Part shown: one piece after another, positions 8,665 to 18,871 of the stretch
Layout of the letters: each line of letters begins with the position of its first letter
How positions within the stretch are numbered: the stretch's first letter is position 1
NCBI GenBank assembly: GCA_963712115.1
Contig: CAVQGX010000031.1
Coordinates: forward strand, 1 to 64,000
Direction: 5' to 3'
DNA length: 64,000 bases
From: an uncultured delta proteobacterium
Lineage (GTDB): Bacteria > Desulfobacterota > Syntrophobacteria > BM002
Notes under the pieces: generated by a model
What the model was told of the DNA's origin: nothing
The model's database searches: none
The model's input: the letters and a program-made list of their open reading frames with translations, nothing else
Position numbers and translations under genes: made by a program

Positions 8665-9759
8665 CTATTTACCGCGGCTGAGAACTTCTTCAAGAATATT
8701 CATCCCCTTTTCCACCAGTTCCTGCTTTGCCTGGCTGCCCATGTGACCAATGCGAAACACCTTGCCTGCCAGAGGACCATAGCTCCCGCCAACTACCACC
8801 CCTTTCTCACGGAGGGCCTTGTCCAAATCCGGCCAAGTCCACCCTTCTGGAACCTTGGCCGCTGTTACCGTAGGTGAACAGATTTCTTCCTTCACAGGGA
8901 AAAGCTCGACGTCCATTTCCTCGAGCCGACTGCGACAGTAGGCTGCCACCTTGGCATGGCGGCTGAAAACAGCTAACAACCCCTCGTGCAAGATCATTTT
9001 GGTGGCCAGGTGCAACCCGGCCATGGCGTGCCAGTTGTGGGTGTAGGGTAAGAGTTGATCCTCGACCCCTGAACGGTACGGAGCAAGGGCATCATAACCA
9101 ACATAGCCAATCTCCTCTACAGCAGACCAGGCGCGTTCGCTCACCGTTACCATAGCTAGATCCGGGGGCAAACTAAGCACTTTCTGGCTTCCCAATAATC
9201 CGAGATCGATAAACCAGTCGTCCACTCGCACCTCCGCGCCGCCGCCACTTGAGACAAAATCAACGTAGAAGAGCGCTTCTACCTCCCGGCAAATCTCGCC
9301 TATCTCTTGTAGTGGGGCAAGAGTGCCGCTAGGGGTCTCACAGTGGACAGCAGTTACCAGCCGAGGACGAAAACGTTGCGCCACCAGACGCACTTGTTGC
9401 GGCTCTGGAACATCGTCATATCCAAAGCCGACTACCTCCACCTCCATTCCCAGCTGGCGAGCCATGTCACCAATGCCGTAGCCAAAAACGCCGTTCGCCA
9501 CTGCCAGAACTCTGTCTCCTGGCCTTAGTACACTCTTGAGTGCGCTCCACAGGGCTAACATGCCCTCACCACTCTGGATTGCCACACGATTTTTGGTTGC
9601 CAGGATTTTTCCTAGCTGAGATTCGCACCCTCTGTAGAGAGCAAAAAATTCCTCTTCCAAATCCGGGCTACCATAGTTGATCTGAAAGACCGCTCTCATC
9701 TCTGGTGGTATGGAAATGGGTCCAGGAACCAGACCAACCTCATATGTTTGCATGTTCAT
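8665..9759 (-). CDS. Class V PLP aminotransferase (Ala-glyoxylate/Ser-pyruvate family)
   Basis: PGP, HCETPSG, GSQK (PLP lysine), FRIGHMG. Confidence 0.92.
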   Translation of the reverse strand: MNMQTYEVGLVPGPISIPPEMRAVFQINYGSPDLEEEFFALYRGCESQLGKILATKNRVAIQSGEGMLALWSALKSVLRPGDRVLAVANGVFGYGIGDMARQLGMEVEVVGFGYDDVPEPQQVRLVAQRFRPRLVTAVHCETPSGTLAPLQEIGEICREVEALFYVDFVSSGGGAEVRVDDWFIDLGLLGSQKVLSLPPDLAMVTVSERAWSAVEEIGYVGYDALAPYRSGVEDQLLPYTHNWHAMAGLHLATKMILHEGLLAVFSRHAKVAAYCRSRLEEMDVELFPVKEEICSPTVTAAKVPEGWTWPDLDKALREKGVVVGGSYGPLAGKVFRIGHMGSQAKQELVEKGMNILEEVLSRGK

Positions 9760-9880
9760 TCCCTTTTTCGTTTGAAATCATTCGGTTTTCAATAAACCGC
9801 TCTTCTCTTAGTCAATTTCAGACTTTGTAGAGACATTAAAAACCGGGCCACTTGGAATAAGGGGGTGCGGGCAATTAACC

Positions 9881-10633
9881 CTATTGTGTGTTTAGCAGTG
9901 ATAGCAGATCCTTCCAATTAGAAATCCTTGGCACGGTTGGATCCGGATCTGTTTGGCCTTTGCCCACCACTCCCGGGGCAGGGGTAATGTTGTTATCTCG
10001 GACGTAGGTTGTCCAAACAGGCTGCAATCCGGCTTGCAGGGCACCTGCCACATCCGCCTCCGGATCATCCCCCACAAAGGCAATCTCTTCTTTTTCCACC
10101 CCTAACTGGTCAATTAGCGCCTCGAACACTGAAAGATGCGGCTTGCGGTAGCCTAAATCGCCGGAAATGAGCATAACGTCAAAGAAAGGATCCAGATCGA
10201 ATTCGGCAATGATCTGGGTGGCAGCAGGCGGATGAGTGAAATTGGAAAGCAACCCAATACGGTAATTTTGTCTCAGGGTGGTGAGCATCTCTTTCGTTCC
10301 CGGAATGAGCTTGGCGTATTGGATAAAGGCAGAAAAGTAAGTTTCTACGGCTGCTGAGATGTGCGGATTGTCCGGGGAAACATCATGGCCCAACTTAGCC
10401 AGGGCAGTGCTGATCCAGAACCGATTATGGCTTTCCTTTCCGTCTCGCTTGGTCTGCTCCAGGAACTCAAGGACAGCCTCACTGTGGGCCTTGACAAAAG
10501 CGGTGTGTTCGATGGTGAAACCATTATCCCTGAGACTGCTGGTTAGCCTGGACAGTGCATCTTTGAGCGCCTGGAATTCCATGGTAATTAGAGTGTTGAA
10601 AAGGTCGAAGCCAATTGCCTTTATGTTCTGCAT
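9881..10633 (-). CDS. HAD-superfamily hydrolase
   Basis: FDLFNTL, LSN, KP, VGDDPEAD. Confidence 0.9.
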   Translation of the reverse strand: MQNIKAIGFDLFNTLITMEFQALKDALSRLTSSLRDNGFTIEHTAFVKAHSEAVLEFLEQTKRDGKESHNRFWISTALAKLGHDVSPDNPHISAAVETYFSAFIQYAKLIPGTKEMLTTLRQNYRIGLLSNFTHPPAATQIIAEFDLDPFFDVMLISGDLGYRKPHLSVFEALIDQLGVEKEEIAFVGDDPEADVAGALQAGLQPVWTTYVRDNNITPAPGVVGKGQTDPDPTVPRISNWKDLLSLLNTQ

Positions 10634-10759
10634 CTCAACTCCCCATCCCGCAATTCCTTAATCTCCACAACTAGCCGATCATACTCGCGGAAACACCTGA
10701 AAAAAGCAAGGGATACCTTTGTTTGGTTTCATCTCATTCTTGCCCCACTAAAGACCTAG

Positions 10760-11104
10760 CCCGGATATTGCATGAATTGCTGTCGCGAGACCACGAAGAT
10801 GGGCGTGCCACCGGATCGACGATCGCGGAATGCGGATTGCGGATTGAAAATTTGCTGAAAAGCTCCTGAGAACTGGAGAACAAATGGCGAAATCTGAACT
10901 GTTAAGTTCGATATCATCAATTGTAATCAGAAATCCGAGATCCGAAATCCCAAATCCAAGATCGAAGCCGAGGCTTACCTGAACGGTACGTCGCAGGGGT
11001 CGACACCCGAGGACGCCAGGCTTCCGGCTCGTAGAGCCTACAGCTCGGAGAGAAGGACGGCCATATCCGTGGTCCGCCGTAGGCGGATTCATGAAATATC
11101 CGGG
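10760..11104. mobile_element. MITE-like element, copy 2, with nested insertions
   Basis: Same TIRs and core as copies 1 and 3; ~150-bp central heptamer inverted insert and extra hairpins. Confidence 0.85.
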
Positions 11105-11266
11105 CTTGTTTGACAACCTACAGAGCTTCGCGCTATTCTGCTCGGGTATGCGGTAAAAGTCCAGATATTGCTTGATAAATACTCGACTGATGCACGTGCT
11201 GACATGGATGAAAACATTACCCTATTGGTAACCGGCCTATTGATTTGATCTGGGGGAGGGGAAAGC

Positions 11267-11449
11267 ATGGCAAATATAGACTTGGACGACATACTAGGGC
11301 TTATTGATTCAAATAAGGGAGAGATCATTTGTAGAGACTGCCTAAAAGAAGAAGAACTGCCGCATATTCCCGAAGAAGAGGTCATTACCCAGGAGAAGAT
11401 TCAGGGGGATGAAAAATATATTTGCAACCGCTGCAACAAAGAACTCTAG
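11267..11449 (+). CDS. Small (60 aa) zinc-ribbon-like protein
   Basis: CRDC...CNRC, GGAGG RBS, followed by a terminator. Confidence 0.8.
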   Translation: MANIDLDDILGLIDSNKGEIICRDCLKEEELPHIPEEEVITQEKIQGDEKYICNRCNKEL

Positions 11450-11459
11450 CCCGCATATG

Positions 11460-11500
11460 AAAAAGCCCCCTTGGCCGGGCCATAGGCCTGCGGGGGCTTT
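11460..11500. terminator. Bidirectional intrinsic terminator
   Basis: AAAAGCCCCC...GGGGGCTTT between convergent genes. Confidence 0.65.
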
Positions 11501-11601
11501 ATAAGACAAGGAGGATTTTAACCTCACTTATCTGATTTAATAATCATTCATCTATTACTTGGCAAGACTAGTAGCAATTTTTTAGAACCAGGAAGCAAAC
11601 A

Positions 11602-11673
11602 GATCTGCAATCTCAAATCTCATATCTAAAATCTAAAATCAGCAATCTACAATCTTAAATCTAATATCTGCGA
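11602..11673. repeat. ATCTnnA heptamer tandem tract (~10 units)
   Basis: ATCTGCAATCTCAAATCTCATATCTAAAATCTAAAATCAGCAATCTACAATCTTAAATCTAATATCTGCG. Confidence 0.8.
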
Positions 11674-11847
11674 TTATTCGTTCTTCATTGGATTGCACAG
11701 ATAGTCTTCGGAGATCGCCACTCGTCCACAGTTGAAACATATATAGTTGGGCTCTTTGGTGAGTTCCTTTATCTTGTCGAAGTTGCCACAACTGGCAAGA
11801 ACACATATATGACCTGAATGATCCCCACGACATACTTGCTCGCTCAT
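11674..11847 (-). CDS. Small Cys/His-rich protein (57 aa)
   Basis: MSEQVCRGDHSGHIC...YICFNCGRVA...LCNP; GGAGG RBS upstream. Confidence 0.8.
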   Translation of the reverse strand: MSEQVCRGDHSGHICVLASCGNFDKIKELTKEPNYICFNCGRVAISEDYLCNPMKNE

Positions 11848-11941
11848 CACATCCCCTCCAGCCGTTTTATTTCGTGGCCTTTTCCAAGGCCGCACGAAGC
11901 TCATCTGCTTTTGGATTATTTACCTAAGGTAGGCGAGTGGT

Positions 11942-12364
11942 CTAATCGTACTCGGCTTCTTCTTGAAAGCGATATTCCATGTGGTTTATGTCGGTAAAAG
12001 TCTCACCCCGCATTTTGGCCCGCCGTTCCAATTCTGACTGGCAGCGTACACAGAATCGGGCAAAGGGCATCAACTGCAAGCGTTTCTCACTGATTGGTTC
12101 TTCACATTCTTCACAAAATCCGTAGTCGCCGTCTTCAATGGCCTCCAGAGCCTCCTCGATTAATATAAGTCGTCGTCTCAGTCTCTCGCCAAAAATGTGC
12201 GCGTACTCTGCAATTATATCTGAAGTCGCATGATCACCCAGATCTCCCCTGTAGTCTTTATTGCGGGCTCTTTCTTTTTGGACTTTTACCTCGTCGAGCA
12301 TTTCCTGGCGCATATCTTCTAGTATCTTGCGCAATTGTTCTCTTAATTTTTGTGAAAGGGCCAT
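11942..12364 (-). CDS. DksA/TraR C4-type zinc-finger protein
   Basis: Coiled coil, DxxDxA, YGFCEEC...I...RL..P.A.FCVRCQ. Confidence 0.9.
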   Translation of the reverse strand: MALSQKLREQLRKILEDMRQEMLDEVKVQKERARNKDYRGDLGDHATSDIIAEYAHIFGERLRRRLILIEEALEAIEDGDYGFCEECEEPISEKRLQLMPFARFCVRCQSELERRAKMRGETFTDINHMEYRFQEEAEYD

Positions 12365-12565
12365 TTCTACTCTCTAATCTACAGTCAATATTTAGTTTAT
12401 TGTAAATATGTTATTGATATTACTGCATCTTTATATTGTTGAGCAAAATGCCGGGTAATTATGATGTTTTTTTTGATTTTGGTAAAGAAAAAAATGCAGG
12501 GGCATGATTTTGTGGGATATGAAAATGTCCTGCTATGCTTTTTTGATGATTGATTAGAGGATGGT

Positions 12566-13660
12566 TTACTTTGCAGAACTAAGAAAAGGATAATCTGTGT
12601 AGCCTCTCTCGTCTCCTCCGTAGAAAGTTGTCGGATCTGGCTCATTCAAGGGTGCATCTTTGCTGAATCGCTCCGGAAGATCAGGGTTTGCCAGGAAGAG
12701 AAGGCCGAAAGATACAAGGTCGGCATCACCTCTTTCCAGCGCCCGCTCTGCCCTATCCCGATCATATCCCCCGTTGGTAATATAGGTCCCTTTAAAGATT
12801 CCTCTCAGTTTCTGGGTAATGGGATTTAGAGCACCGTTGAAAACAGTTGGATTGGAAAGATCGATCTCTACAACGTGCAGATATGCAAGGGGGAAGCGAT
12901 TGAGTCCTTCAGCAACGTGGCTGAAAAGTAATTCCGAGTTGGAATCGGAAATACTGTTGAAAGGGTTCTCCGGGGAGATACGAATCCCCACCCTGCCTTC
13001 ACCTAGGACATTGACCACTGCCTCGGTCACTTCAAACAAGAACCGGGCGCGATTCTCCACGCCGCCTCCGTATTGGTCCGTCCTCTGGTTCGAACCATCG
13101 CGGAGGAACTGATCAAGCAGATAGCCATTAGCTGCATGTAGCTCAACACCATCAAAGCCCGCCTCCCGGGCATTTTCTGCCCCCCGGCGAAACTGCTCTA
13201 TAATCCCGGGGATCTCTTCTGCCTTCAAGGCTCGAGGTTCAACGAAGGGACGGGGACCTTTGTAGGTCATTGCCTCTCCTTCCGGTTTGATGGCTGAGGG
13301 AGCAACCGGAGCTGCCCCCTCCGGCTGCAGCGAGGGATGGGAAATACGTCCGCAGTGAAAGAGTTGAAGAAAAATGAGCCCCCCCCGTTTATGAACTAGA
13401 TCGGTTACCAGCCTCCAACCGACAATCTGCTCAGGCGAATAAATTCCTGGCATATCCGGGTAGCCCAACCCCTGGGGTGACACTTGCGCGGCCTCGGTAA
13501 TGATGAGACCAGCCCCGGCTCGCTGTGCGTAGTAGAGCGCATTCATGGGCTGGGGTGCATTTCCTCTGCCCGCACGGTTGCGCGTCATCGGTGCCATGGT
13601 CATGCAGTTTTTCAGTTGGTAGGGGCCCAATTTGTAAGAGGAAAAAAGCTTCATATCCAA
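12566..13660 (-). CDS. Old yellow enzyme / alkene reductase (NemA-like)
   Basis: MAPMTRNRA, HAANGYL, DQYGG..ENR, GYTDYP. Confidence 0.95.
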   Translation of the reverse strand: MDMKLFSSYKLGPYQLKNCMTMAPMTRNRAGRGNAPQPMNALYYAQRAGAGLIITEAAQVSPQGLGYPDMPGIYSPEQIVGWRLVTDLVHKRGGLIFLQLFHCGRISHPSLQPEGAAPVAPSAIKPEGEAMTYKGPRPFVEPRALKAEEIPGIIEQFRRGAENAREAGFDGVELHAANGYLLDQFLRDGSNQRTDQYGGGVENRARFLFEVTEAVVNVLGEGRVGIRISPENPFNSISDSNSELLFSHVAEGLNRFPLAYLHVVEIDLSNPTVFNGALNPITQKLRGIFKGTYITNGGYDRDRAERALERGDADLVSFGLLFLANPDLPERFSKDAPLNEPDPTTFYGGDERGYTDYPFLSSAK

Positions 13661-13838
13661 CTCCCTGCGAGGATTCCATTAGTTCTCATAGGGTTAACTC
13701 GAGCGAAGGTCAGAGCAGTGCCCGGTTCAAAATGGGAATTTACAGCTCGGCTCCACCCTTTATCAAACCATTCAGAGATTATCAGTTTATCAGCAGAATT
13801 CAACAAGATTAGTGGCTAAAGGGGTGGGTTTTTTGAGT

Positions 13839-14432
13839 CTAATCATCACCCGGTGTCTGTCCTTTTAGTCGTTTTTGGATTGCCTTGCCATCGCTCCAGG
13901 CACGGCCGATCAATTCACCCACCGACCAGTATCCATTGTCCGGCATAGTAAGCAAGAAAGGGTTAATTTTTTTGATGTCTGGCACGCCGTCGGTGAGAAA
14001 CTGCTCTTCGGAGTAGGCTCCCACAATCTCGCCAATAAAAAAGGAGTTAGTGGGCAGTTCAACCGTTTTCACGAGTTTGCACTCCATGGTCAGCGGACAT
14101 TCGCTGATCATGGGAGCTCCTTTTAGCTCGCCGTAGAAAATATTAAAAAGGTTGGACTTGTCTACCCGTTTTCCTGATACCAGCCCAAGGTAATCGGTTA
14201 TTTCCACCATTTCGACGGTGGGGAAATTGACGCTGAACTCCCCCTTTTCTACGATCGCCCTATGGGAGGCATGGCCCTGGTTTACCGCCACCCCGAGCAT
14301 GGGCGGCTTAAAGTTGACTCTGGTGAGCCAACCAAGGGCCATGAAGTTAGCCCGGTCTCCCAGTTGAGAACCGAGGATTGTGGTTGCCATGGGTAGAACA
14401 TATGCTTGATCCCCTATATTTACCTTAGCCAT
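13839..14432 (-). CDS. Flavin reductase / flavoredoxin-family FMN-binding protein
   Basis: NFM..GW, EFSVN, SG...DK, AP.I.ECP..MEC, GEIV. Confidence 0.9.
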   Translation of the reverse strand: MAKVNIGDQAYVLPMATTILGSQLGDRANFMALGWLTRVNFKPPMLGVAVNQGHASHRAIVEKGEFSVNFPTVEMVEITDYLGLVSGKRVDKSNLFNIFYGELKGAPMISECPLTMECKLVKTVELPTNSFFIGEIVGAYSEEQFLTDGVPDIKKINPFLLTMPDNGYWSVGELIGRAWSDGKAIQKRLKGQTPGDD

Positions 14433-14529
14433 TGAGAACCCTCCCCTTTACTTTTCATGAGCTAGCTCGAAAACCGACTACAGGGGCTGTTGGACAGCCT
14501 ATATATGTTTCAAATAACAGGCTCGAATC

Positions 14530-15090
14530 TCATGCACTAGTTGCCAGGGCCTTACAAAAGTTAATGGTTTCTTGGGGACAACTGCAGTGCTCGAAATTGT
14601 CCCGGGGGACTAGGTAGGGAGAATCACTGACCCACTTGCAGGCAAGTTTATTAGCTTCTGCCTCTTCCTCTTCCCTAACTTGGCTTCCACTCTTGGAGTC
14701 AAAATGGCCTAGAACATAATGGGCAATTTGATGGTGGATATAGCTCCAGTATTTTGGGATTGATTCCCCATGGGGAAAAAAGAGAATCAACAAATGGTAT
14801 CCACTGATATCCGACTTGTCGAAAAAATGTCCAGGTTCGTAATTGGACAGGTAACAGGTAAAGAAAGTGCACTCGCTGAGCACTCTTTTAGCCACCTCAA
14901 TAGGTAGGAGGGTTAGGGCAGTGAAAAATATATCGTGGGTAAGAGGATCAATTGAATGGGAGTGATTATTGAGTTTTCTCTCATTTTCAAGGTGTTGAAA
15001 GATTTCACCCAGGTGGTCATGCTTTTCTATTTTCCAGTTTTCCAGAAACTCTATTTTATCTTTTGAAAGCACTATCTTTCGTTCTGGCAT
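14530..15090 (-). CDS. Hypothetical protein with degenerate zincin motif
   Basis: HQIAHYVLGH plus downstream E.EAN..A helix. Confidence 0.6.
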   Translation of the reverse strand: MPERKIVLSKDKIEFLENWKIEKHDHLGEIFQHLENERKLNNHSHSIDPLTHDIFFTALTLLPIEVAKRVLSECTFFTCYLSNYEPGHFFDKSDISGYHLLILFFPHGESIPKYWSYIHHQIAHYVLGHFDSKSGSQVREEEEAEANKLACKWVSDSPYLVPRDNFEHCSCPQETINFCKALATSA

Positions 15091-15263
15091 TCCTTCTTCC
15101 CACCAGCAATCTTTTTCCCGCAGATTGACTTTCCTAACTATAAGTGTACAGCCTCATGGTGGCAATGTGAAAAATGGGGGGCTGAATTGCATTTTTCCTT
15201 TCAATTCGCTAGAATAACTTTAACCTTTGGAAAACATAATAAAAAATGTAAAGAGAGGGACGA

Positions 15264-16079
15264 ATGCAGTTTCATGGCACTGACAAGTACTACCTCAACC
15301 CCGAACTGAAAGAGATTGTCAACATCGCCATGGCCATGGAGAAACCCTTGCTGGTCACTGGTGAGGCTGGAACAGGCAAGACTCAACTGGGCTTTCAGAT
15401 TTCCCGGGCTCTGGATCTGACCCTGGAAGAGGCTCGCTGCAAGTCAACTTTTAAGGGAGAAGAACTCTGCTACGTCTATGATACGGTCTTGCGCCTCAAC
15501 GACTCCCGCTTCGGTACAGAAGAAAGCGGCAGAGATGTGAATAACATTTGGGATTACCTGAACTTCGGCCCAATTGGAAGGGCTTTTATGGCCGACGAAA
15601 GACGTGTTCTCTTGCTGGATGAGATCGACAAGACCGATTCGGACACTCAGGACAACTTATTGGACGTGCTGGAAGACGGCTCTTTCATCATTCGTGAGAT
15701 AAACCATAAAGTGAAAGCCAAGTATATGCCTGTCATCGTCATTACCAGCAATGCCAAAAGGGAACTCTCCGATCCTTTCCTCCGGCGCTGCTACTGCCAT
15801 CATATCCCCTTTCCCGACATGGAAGAAATGAGCCGCATTGTAAGGTTGCACTACCCCGAAATTACTGCGCCCCTTATGGATTCAGCCCTCGCCATCTTCT
15901 ATCATCTGCGCCAACAGGGATTTGAAAAACCACCGGCCACGGCGGAACTGCTGGACTGGCTCGGAGCATTGCAGCTCGATGGGGTGAAGCCACCACTCTC
16001 TCCAGATACTGTTCCTTTCCTTGGAACCCTGCTAAAGCGCACTCAGGACCTACTCCATCACAAACGAGAAAAAGCTTAG
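15264..16079 (+). CDS. MoxR-family AAA+ ATPase (CoxD-like)
   Basis: GEAGTGKT, LLLDEIDK, TSN..REL...FLRRC. Confidence 0.93.
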   Translation: MQFHGTDKYYLNPELKEIVNIAMAMEKPLLVTGEAGTGKTQLGFQISRALDLTLEEARCKSTFKGEELCYVYDTVLRLNDSRFGTEESGRDVNNIWDYLNFGPIGRAFMADERRVLLLDEIDKTDSDTQDNLLDVLEDGSFIIREINHKVKAKYMPVIVITSNAKRELSDPFLRRCYCHHIPFPDMEEMSRIVRLHYPEITAPLMDSALAIFYHLRQQGFEKPPATAELLDWLGALQLDGVKPPLSPDTVPFLGTLLKRTQDLLHHKREKA

Positions 16080-16087
16080 AGGCAAAG

Positions 16088-17311
16088 ATGTTCTTTCCTT
16101 TCTTTTATCAGCTGCGGGATCAGGGTATCCCCATCAGCCTCCGCTATGTGCTGGAATTCTACCAGGCCCTGGAAAAGGGGCTTGCCCTTGACCTGGACCG
16201 ACTGTTCATTTTGATGCGTCTCATTTTTGTTAAGAAGGTTGAACACTTTGACGCCTTTGAGCAGGCCTTTGCCGCCTATTTTCTGGGCGCCGAGGTTGAT
16301 TCTATCCCGCGATTCTCTCAACAGGCCTGGGAAGACAAAGCTTTCAGCCGCTGGCTGGAGGAAGAGCTGGCCAAGGGTACCCTGCCGGATGACGCACTGG
16401 AACGAATGTCTCTTTCCGACATACTCCAGCGCTTTTGGGAAGTGGCCATGGAGCAGAGAGGAAAACACCGTGGTGGTCACACCTGGGTCGGCACCGGCGG
16501 CACCTCACCCTTTGGCCACACAGGGGCAGAACGGGAAGGCATCCGGGTGGAGGGCGATTCCCTGCACGGTGCCGCCCTGAAAGTCATAGAGTCTCGCCGT
16601 TATGTGGATTACGCTGCCAGTGCCACCCTCAGGGCCGAAAACCTCCGACAGGTCCTGGCGGCTCTCAAACACATGGCTCCGGCAGGCCCGCCAACCGAAC
16701 TAGACGTCGATGAAACCATTGATCAGTCTTGCAGAAACGGTGGGGAGATCGAGCTGGTCTTCAAGAGGGAATTGCGAGATCGTATTCAGCTCATGGTGCT
16801 GCTGGACAATGGTGGCGCCTCCATGCGACCTTATTTGGATCTGGTAAAGCTGGTCTTCGGCCTCATGCGCGATCAGTTCAAGGACTTGGACTACTATTAT
16901 TTCCACAACTGCATCTACGGCTGCGTCTATAGTGATCCCCAACGTCTGACCCCTTATCCCATTTACCAGATGCTAAGGCGCGACCCTGAAACCCGGGTGA
17001 TAATTATAGGAGATGCCAACATGGCTCCGGCCGAGCTCATGCTCTCCGACGGCGCTATCGATTATTTCTCCAAGTTTAGAGTGCCTGGGCGGGACTGGCT
17101 ATGGCAAGTTCGCAACTACTTCGCTCACAGTGTGTGGCTCAACCCCATCCCCCGACACCAATGGCCCCAGGAAAGCCAGACCATTTATCAAATCGGCGAA
17201 ATTTTTCCCATGGAAGAACTGACCCTGGCCGGCATAAGGCGGGCGGTAGAGTGGCTGAATTCCGGGGCACCACCGAGAAAAGCAAGCAGGCAGATGGCAG
17301 CTGGCAACTAG
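16088..17311 (+). CDS. vWA-domain CoxE-like partner protein
   Basis: HRGG..WVGTGGTSPFG, LLDNGGASM, YFHNCIY, GDANMAP, VWLNP. Confidence 0.88.
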   Translation: MFFPFFYQLRDQGIPISLRYVLEFYQALEKGLALDLDRLFILMRLIFVKKVEHFDAFEQAFAAYFLGAEVDSIPRFSQQAWEDKAFSRWLEEELAKGTLPDDALERMSLSDILQRFWEVAMEQRGKHRGGHTWVGTGGTSPFGHTGAEREGIRVEGDSLHGAALKVIESRRYVDYAASATLRAENLRQVLAALKHMAPAGPPTELDVDETIDQSCRNGGEIELVFKRELRDRIQLMVLLDNGGASMRPYLDLVKLVFGLMRDQFKDLDYYYFHNCIYGCVYSDPQRLTPYPIYQMLRRDPETRVIIIGDANMAPAELMLSDGAIDYFSKFRVPGRDWLWQVRNYFAHSVWLNPIPRHQWPQESQTIYQIGEIFPMEELTLAGIRRAVEWLNSGAPPRKASRQMAAGN

Positions 17312-17623
17312 ACAGGAATATTTGACAGCTTAATGCAGTAGTCACAGAGGTAGATTGCAGAATGCTAGTGTTGAAGATTCATGCTGAATTAGGCGAAGCT
17401 AAGAGATCTCAACCTTGCGACAATCTGAAATCTGAAATGCTTGAAGTATGAACTGTAGTTCTCACCGACCATTTTTAGATCACTTTAGATCTATTCCAGA
17501 ACTATCTGTGGGACAACAGTCTAAATAGCCAACAGGTAGGCGATAGCTCAGCCTTCAGTACTCGGGCAGTTACGGGTTGGCAATGGAACAAAATGAATCT
17601 CTTGCTGTAAGGAAAAATAGACC

Positions 17624-18868
17624 ATGAGAATCGCCATTGTCGGTGCCGGCATTTCAGGAATGGTTGCTGCCTACCTGTTGTGTGAAGACCACGACGTCGT
17701 TGTTTTCGAGGCCAACGACTATATCGGCGGGCACACCAACACCATCGATGTCGAGCTCAATGGTGCAAATTACCCTGTCGACACTGGTTTCATCGTCTTT
17801 AACCAGGACACCTATCCCAACTTCGTAAAGCTGATGAAGCAACTGGGCGTGGCCTGGCAGCCTTCTAACATGAGTTTCAGCGTCCAGAGTGAAAAAACAG
17901 ATCTGGAGTACTGCCCCAGCACCTTGAACTCTCTCTTCGCCCAGAGACGCAACCTGCTACGGCCTTCTTTTTATCGTATGCTTTTGGACGCATTTCGCTT
18001 TCGCCGCGAGGTTCAGGAGATATTGCGGGCCAATGACTATGAAACTACTCTCGGAGCTTATCTGGAGGGAAAGGGATACTCCCAGACCTTTATCCATCAT
18101 TTCATCATCCCCATGGGGGAGGCAATCTGGTCGGCGGACCCAAAGCAATTCAACGAGTTTCCGGCCCATTACTTTGTTCAGTTTTTCAACAACCACGGTT
18201 TTCTCAAGGTGAGAGACCAGCCCCAGTGGCAGGTCATCAAAGGCGGTTCAAAAAGTTATGTCGAACCTCTTACCAGGTCATATAGAGACAAAGTGCGACT
18301 CAGTTGCCCGGTAGAGTCGATAAAGCGTCACCCTGACTACGTGGAGGTGACCCAGCGGAACGGTGAGGTTGAGAGATTCGATCAAGTCGTAATAGCGGCA
18401 CACAGCGATCAGGCCCTTGCCATGCTGGCCGATCCTTCCGATGGGGAAAGGGAGATATTGGAGGCGATCCCATATCAGGATAATCTGGCCATCTTGCATA
18501 CTGACCCCTCCCTCCTGCCCAAGAGAAAAGCCGCCTGGGCAAGCTGGAACTACCATATTCCCCGGGAGGAGTTGGGGAGGGTAGCTGTGACCTATTACAT
18601 GAATATGCTGCAAAGCCTCACTTCACCGATTGATTTCTGCCTAACCCTCAATCGGGCTGAGATTATTGATCGAACCAAGGTCATCAGAGAGTTCAACTAC
18701 CACCATCCGGTTTACAGTCCCAAGGGTCCTCTGGCCCAGAAGCGTCGCCTGGAGATAAACGGTGTCAATCGCACCTATTTCTGTGGTGCCTACTGGGGCT
18801 ATGGTTTCCATGAGGACGGGGTAAACAGCGCTCTGGCTGTCTGTGAACATTTTGGGAAAACCCTGTGA
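17624..18868 (+). CDS. FAD-dependent oxidoreductase/desaturase (UfaD/RSP1091-like)
   Basis: GAGISG Rossmann motif, VDTGFIVFN..TYPN, WASWNY, GFHEDG. Confidence 0.9.
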   Translation: MRIAIVGAGISGMVAAYLLCEDHDVVVFEANDYIGGHTNTIDVELNGANYPVDTGFIVFNQDTYPNFVKLMKQLGVAWQPSNMSFSVQSEKTDLEYCPSTLNSLFAQRRNLLRPSFYRMLLDAFRFRREVQEILRANDYETTLGAYLEGKGYSQTFIHHFIIPMGEAIWSADPKQFNEFPAHYFVQFFNNHGFLKVRDQPQWQVIKGGSKSYVEPLTRSYRDKVRLSCPVESIKRHPDYVEVTQRNGEVERFDQVVIAAHSDQALAMLADPSDGEREILEAIPYQDNLAILHTDPSLLPKRKAAWASWNYHIPREELGRVAVTYYMNMLQSLTSPIDFCLTLNRAEIIDRTKVIREFNYHHPVYSPKGPLAQKRRLEINGVNRTYFCGAYWGYGFHEDGVNSALAVCEHFGKTL

Positions 18869-18871
18869 AAC

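Noticed and set aside
10748-11116. 122-aa ORF, and similar ORFs at 5852-6085, 46818-47129 and 27261-27590
   Set aside because: They lie on repeat elements; the peptides (GFGISDLGF, QSAIRIPRS, NSKHQITNKFQI) are heptamer-translation artefacts
15264-17311. MoxR-vWA pair as a novel system
   Set aside because: Widespread, known chaperone-type pair; no client gene evident
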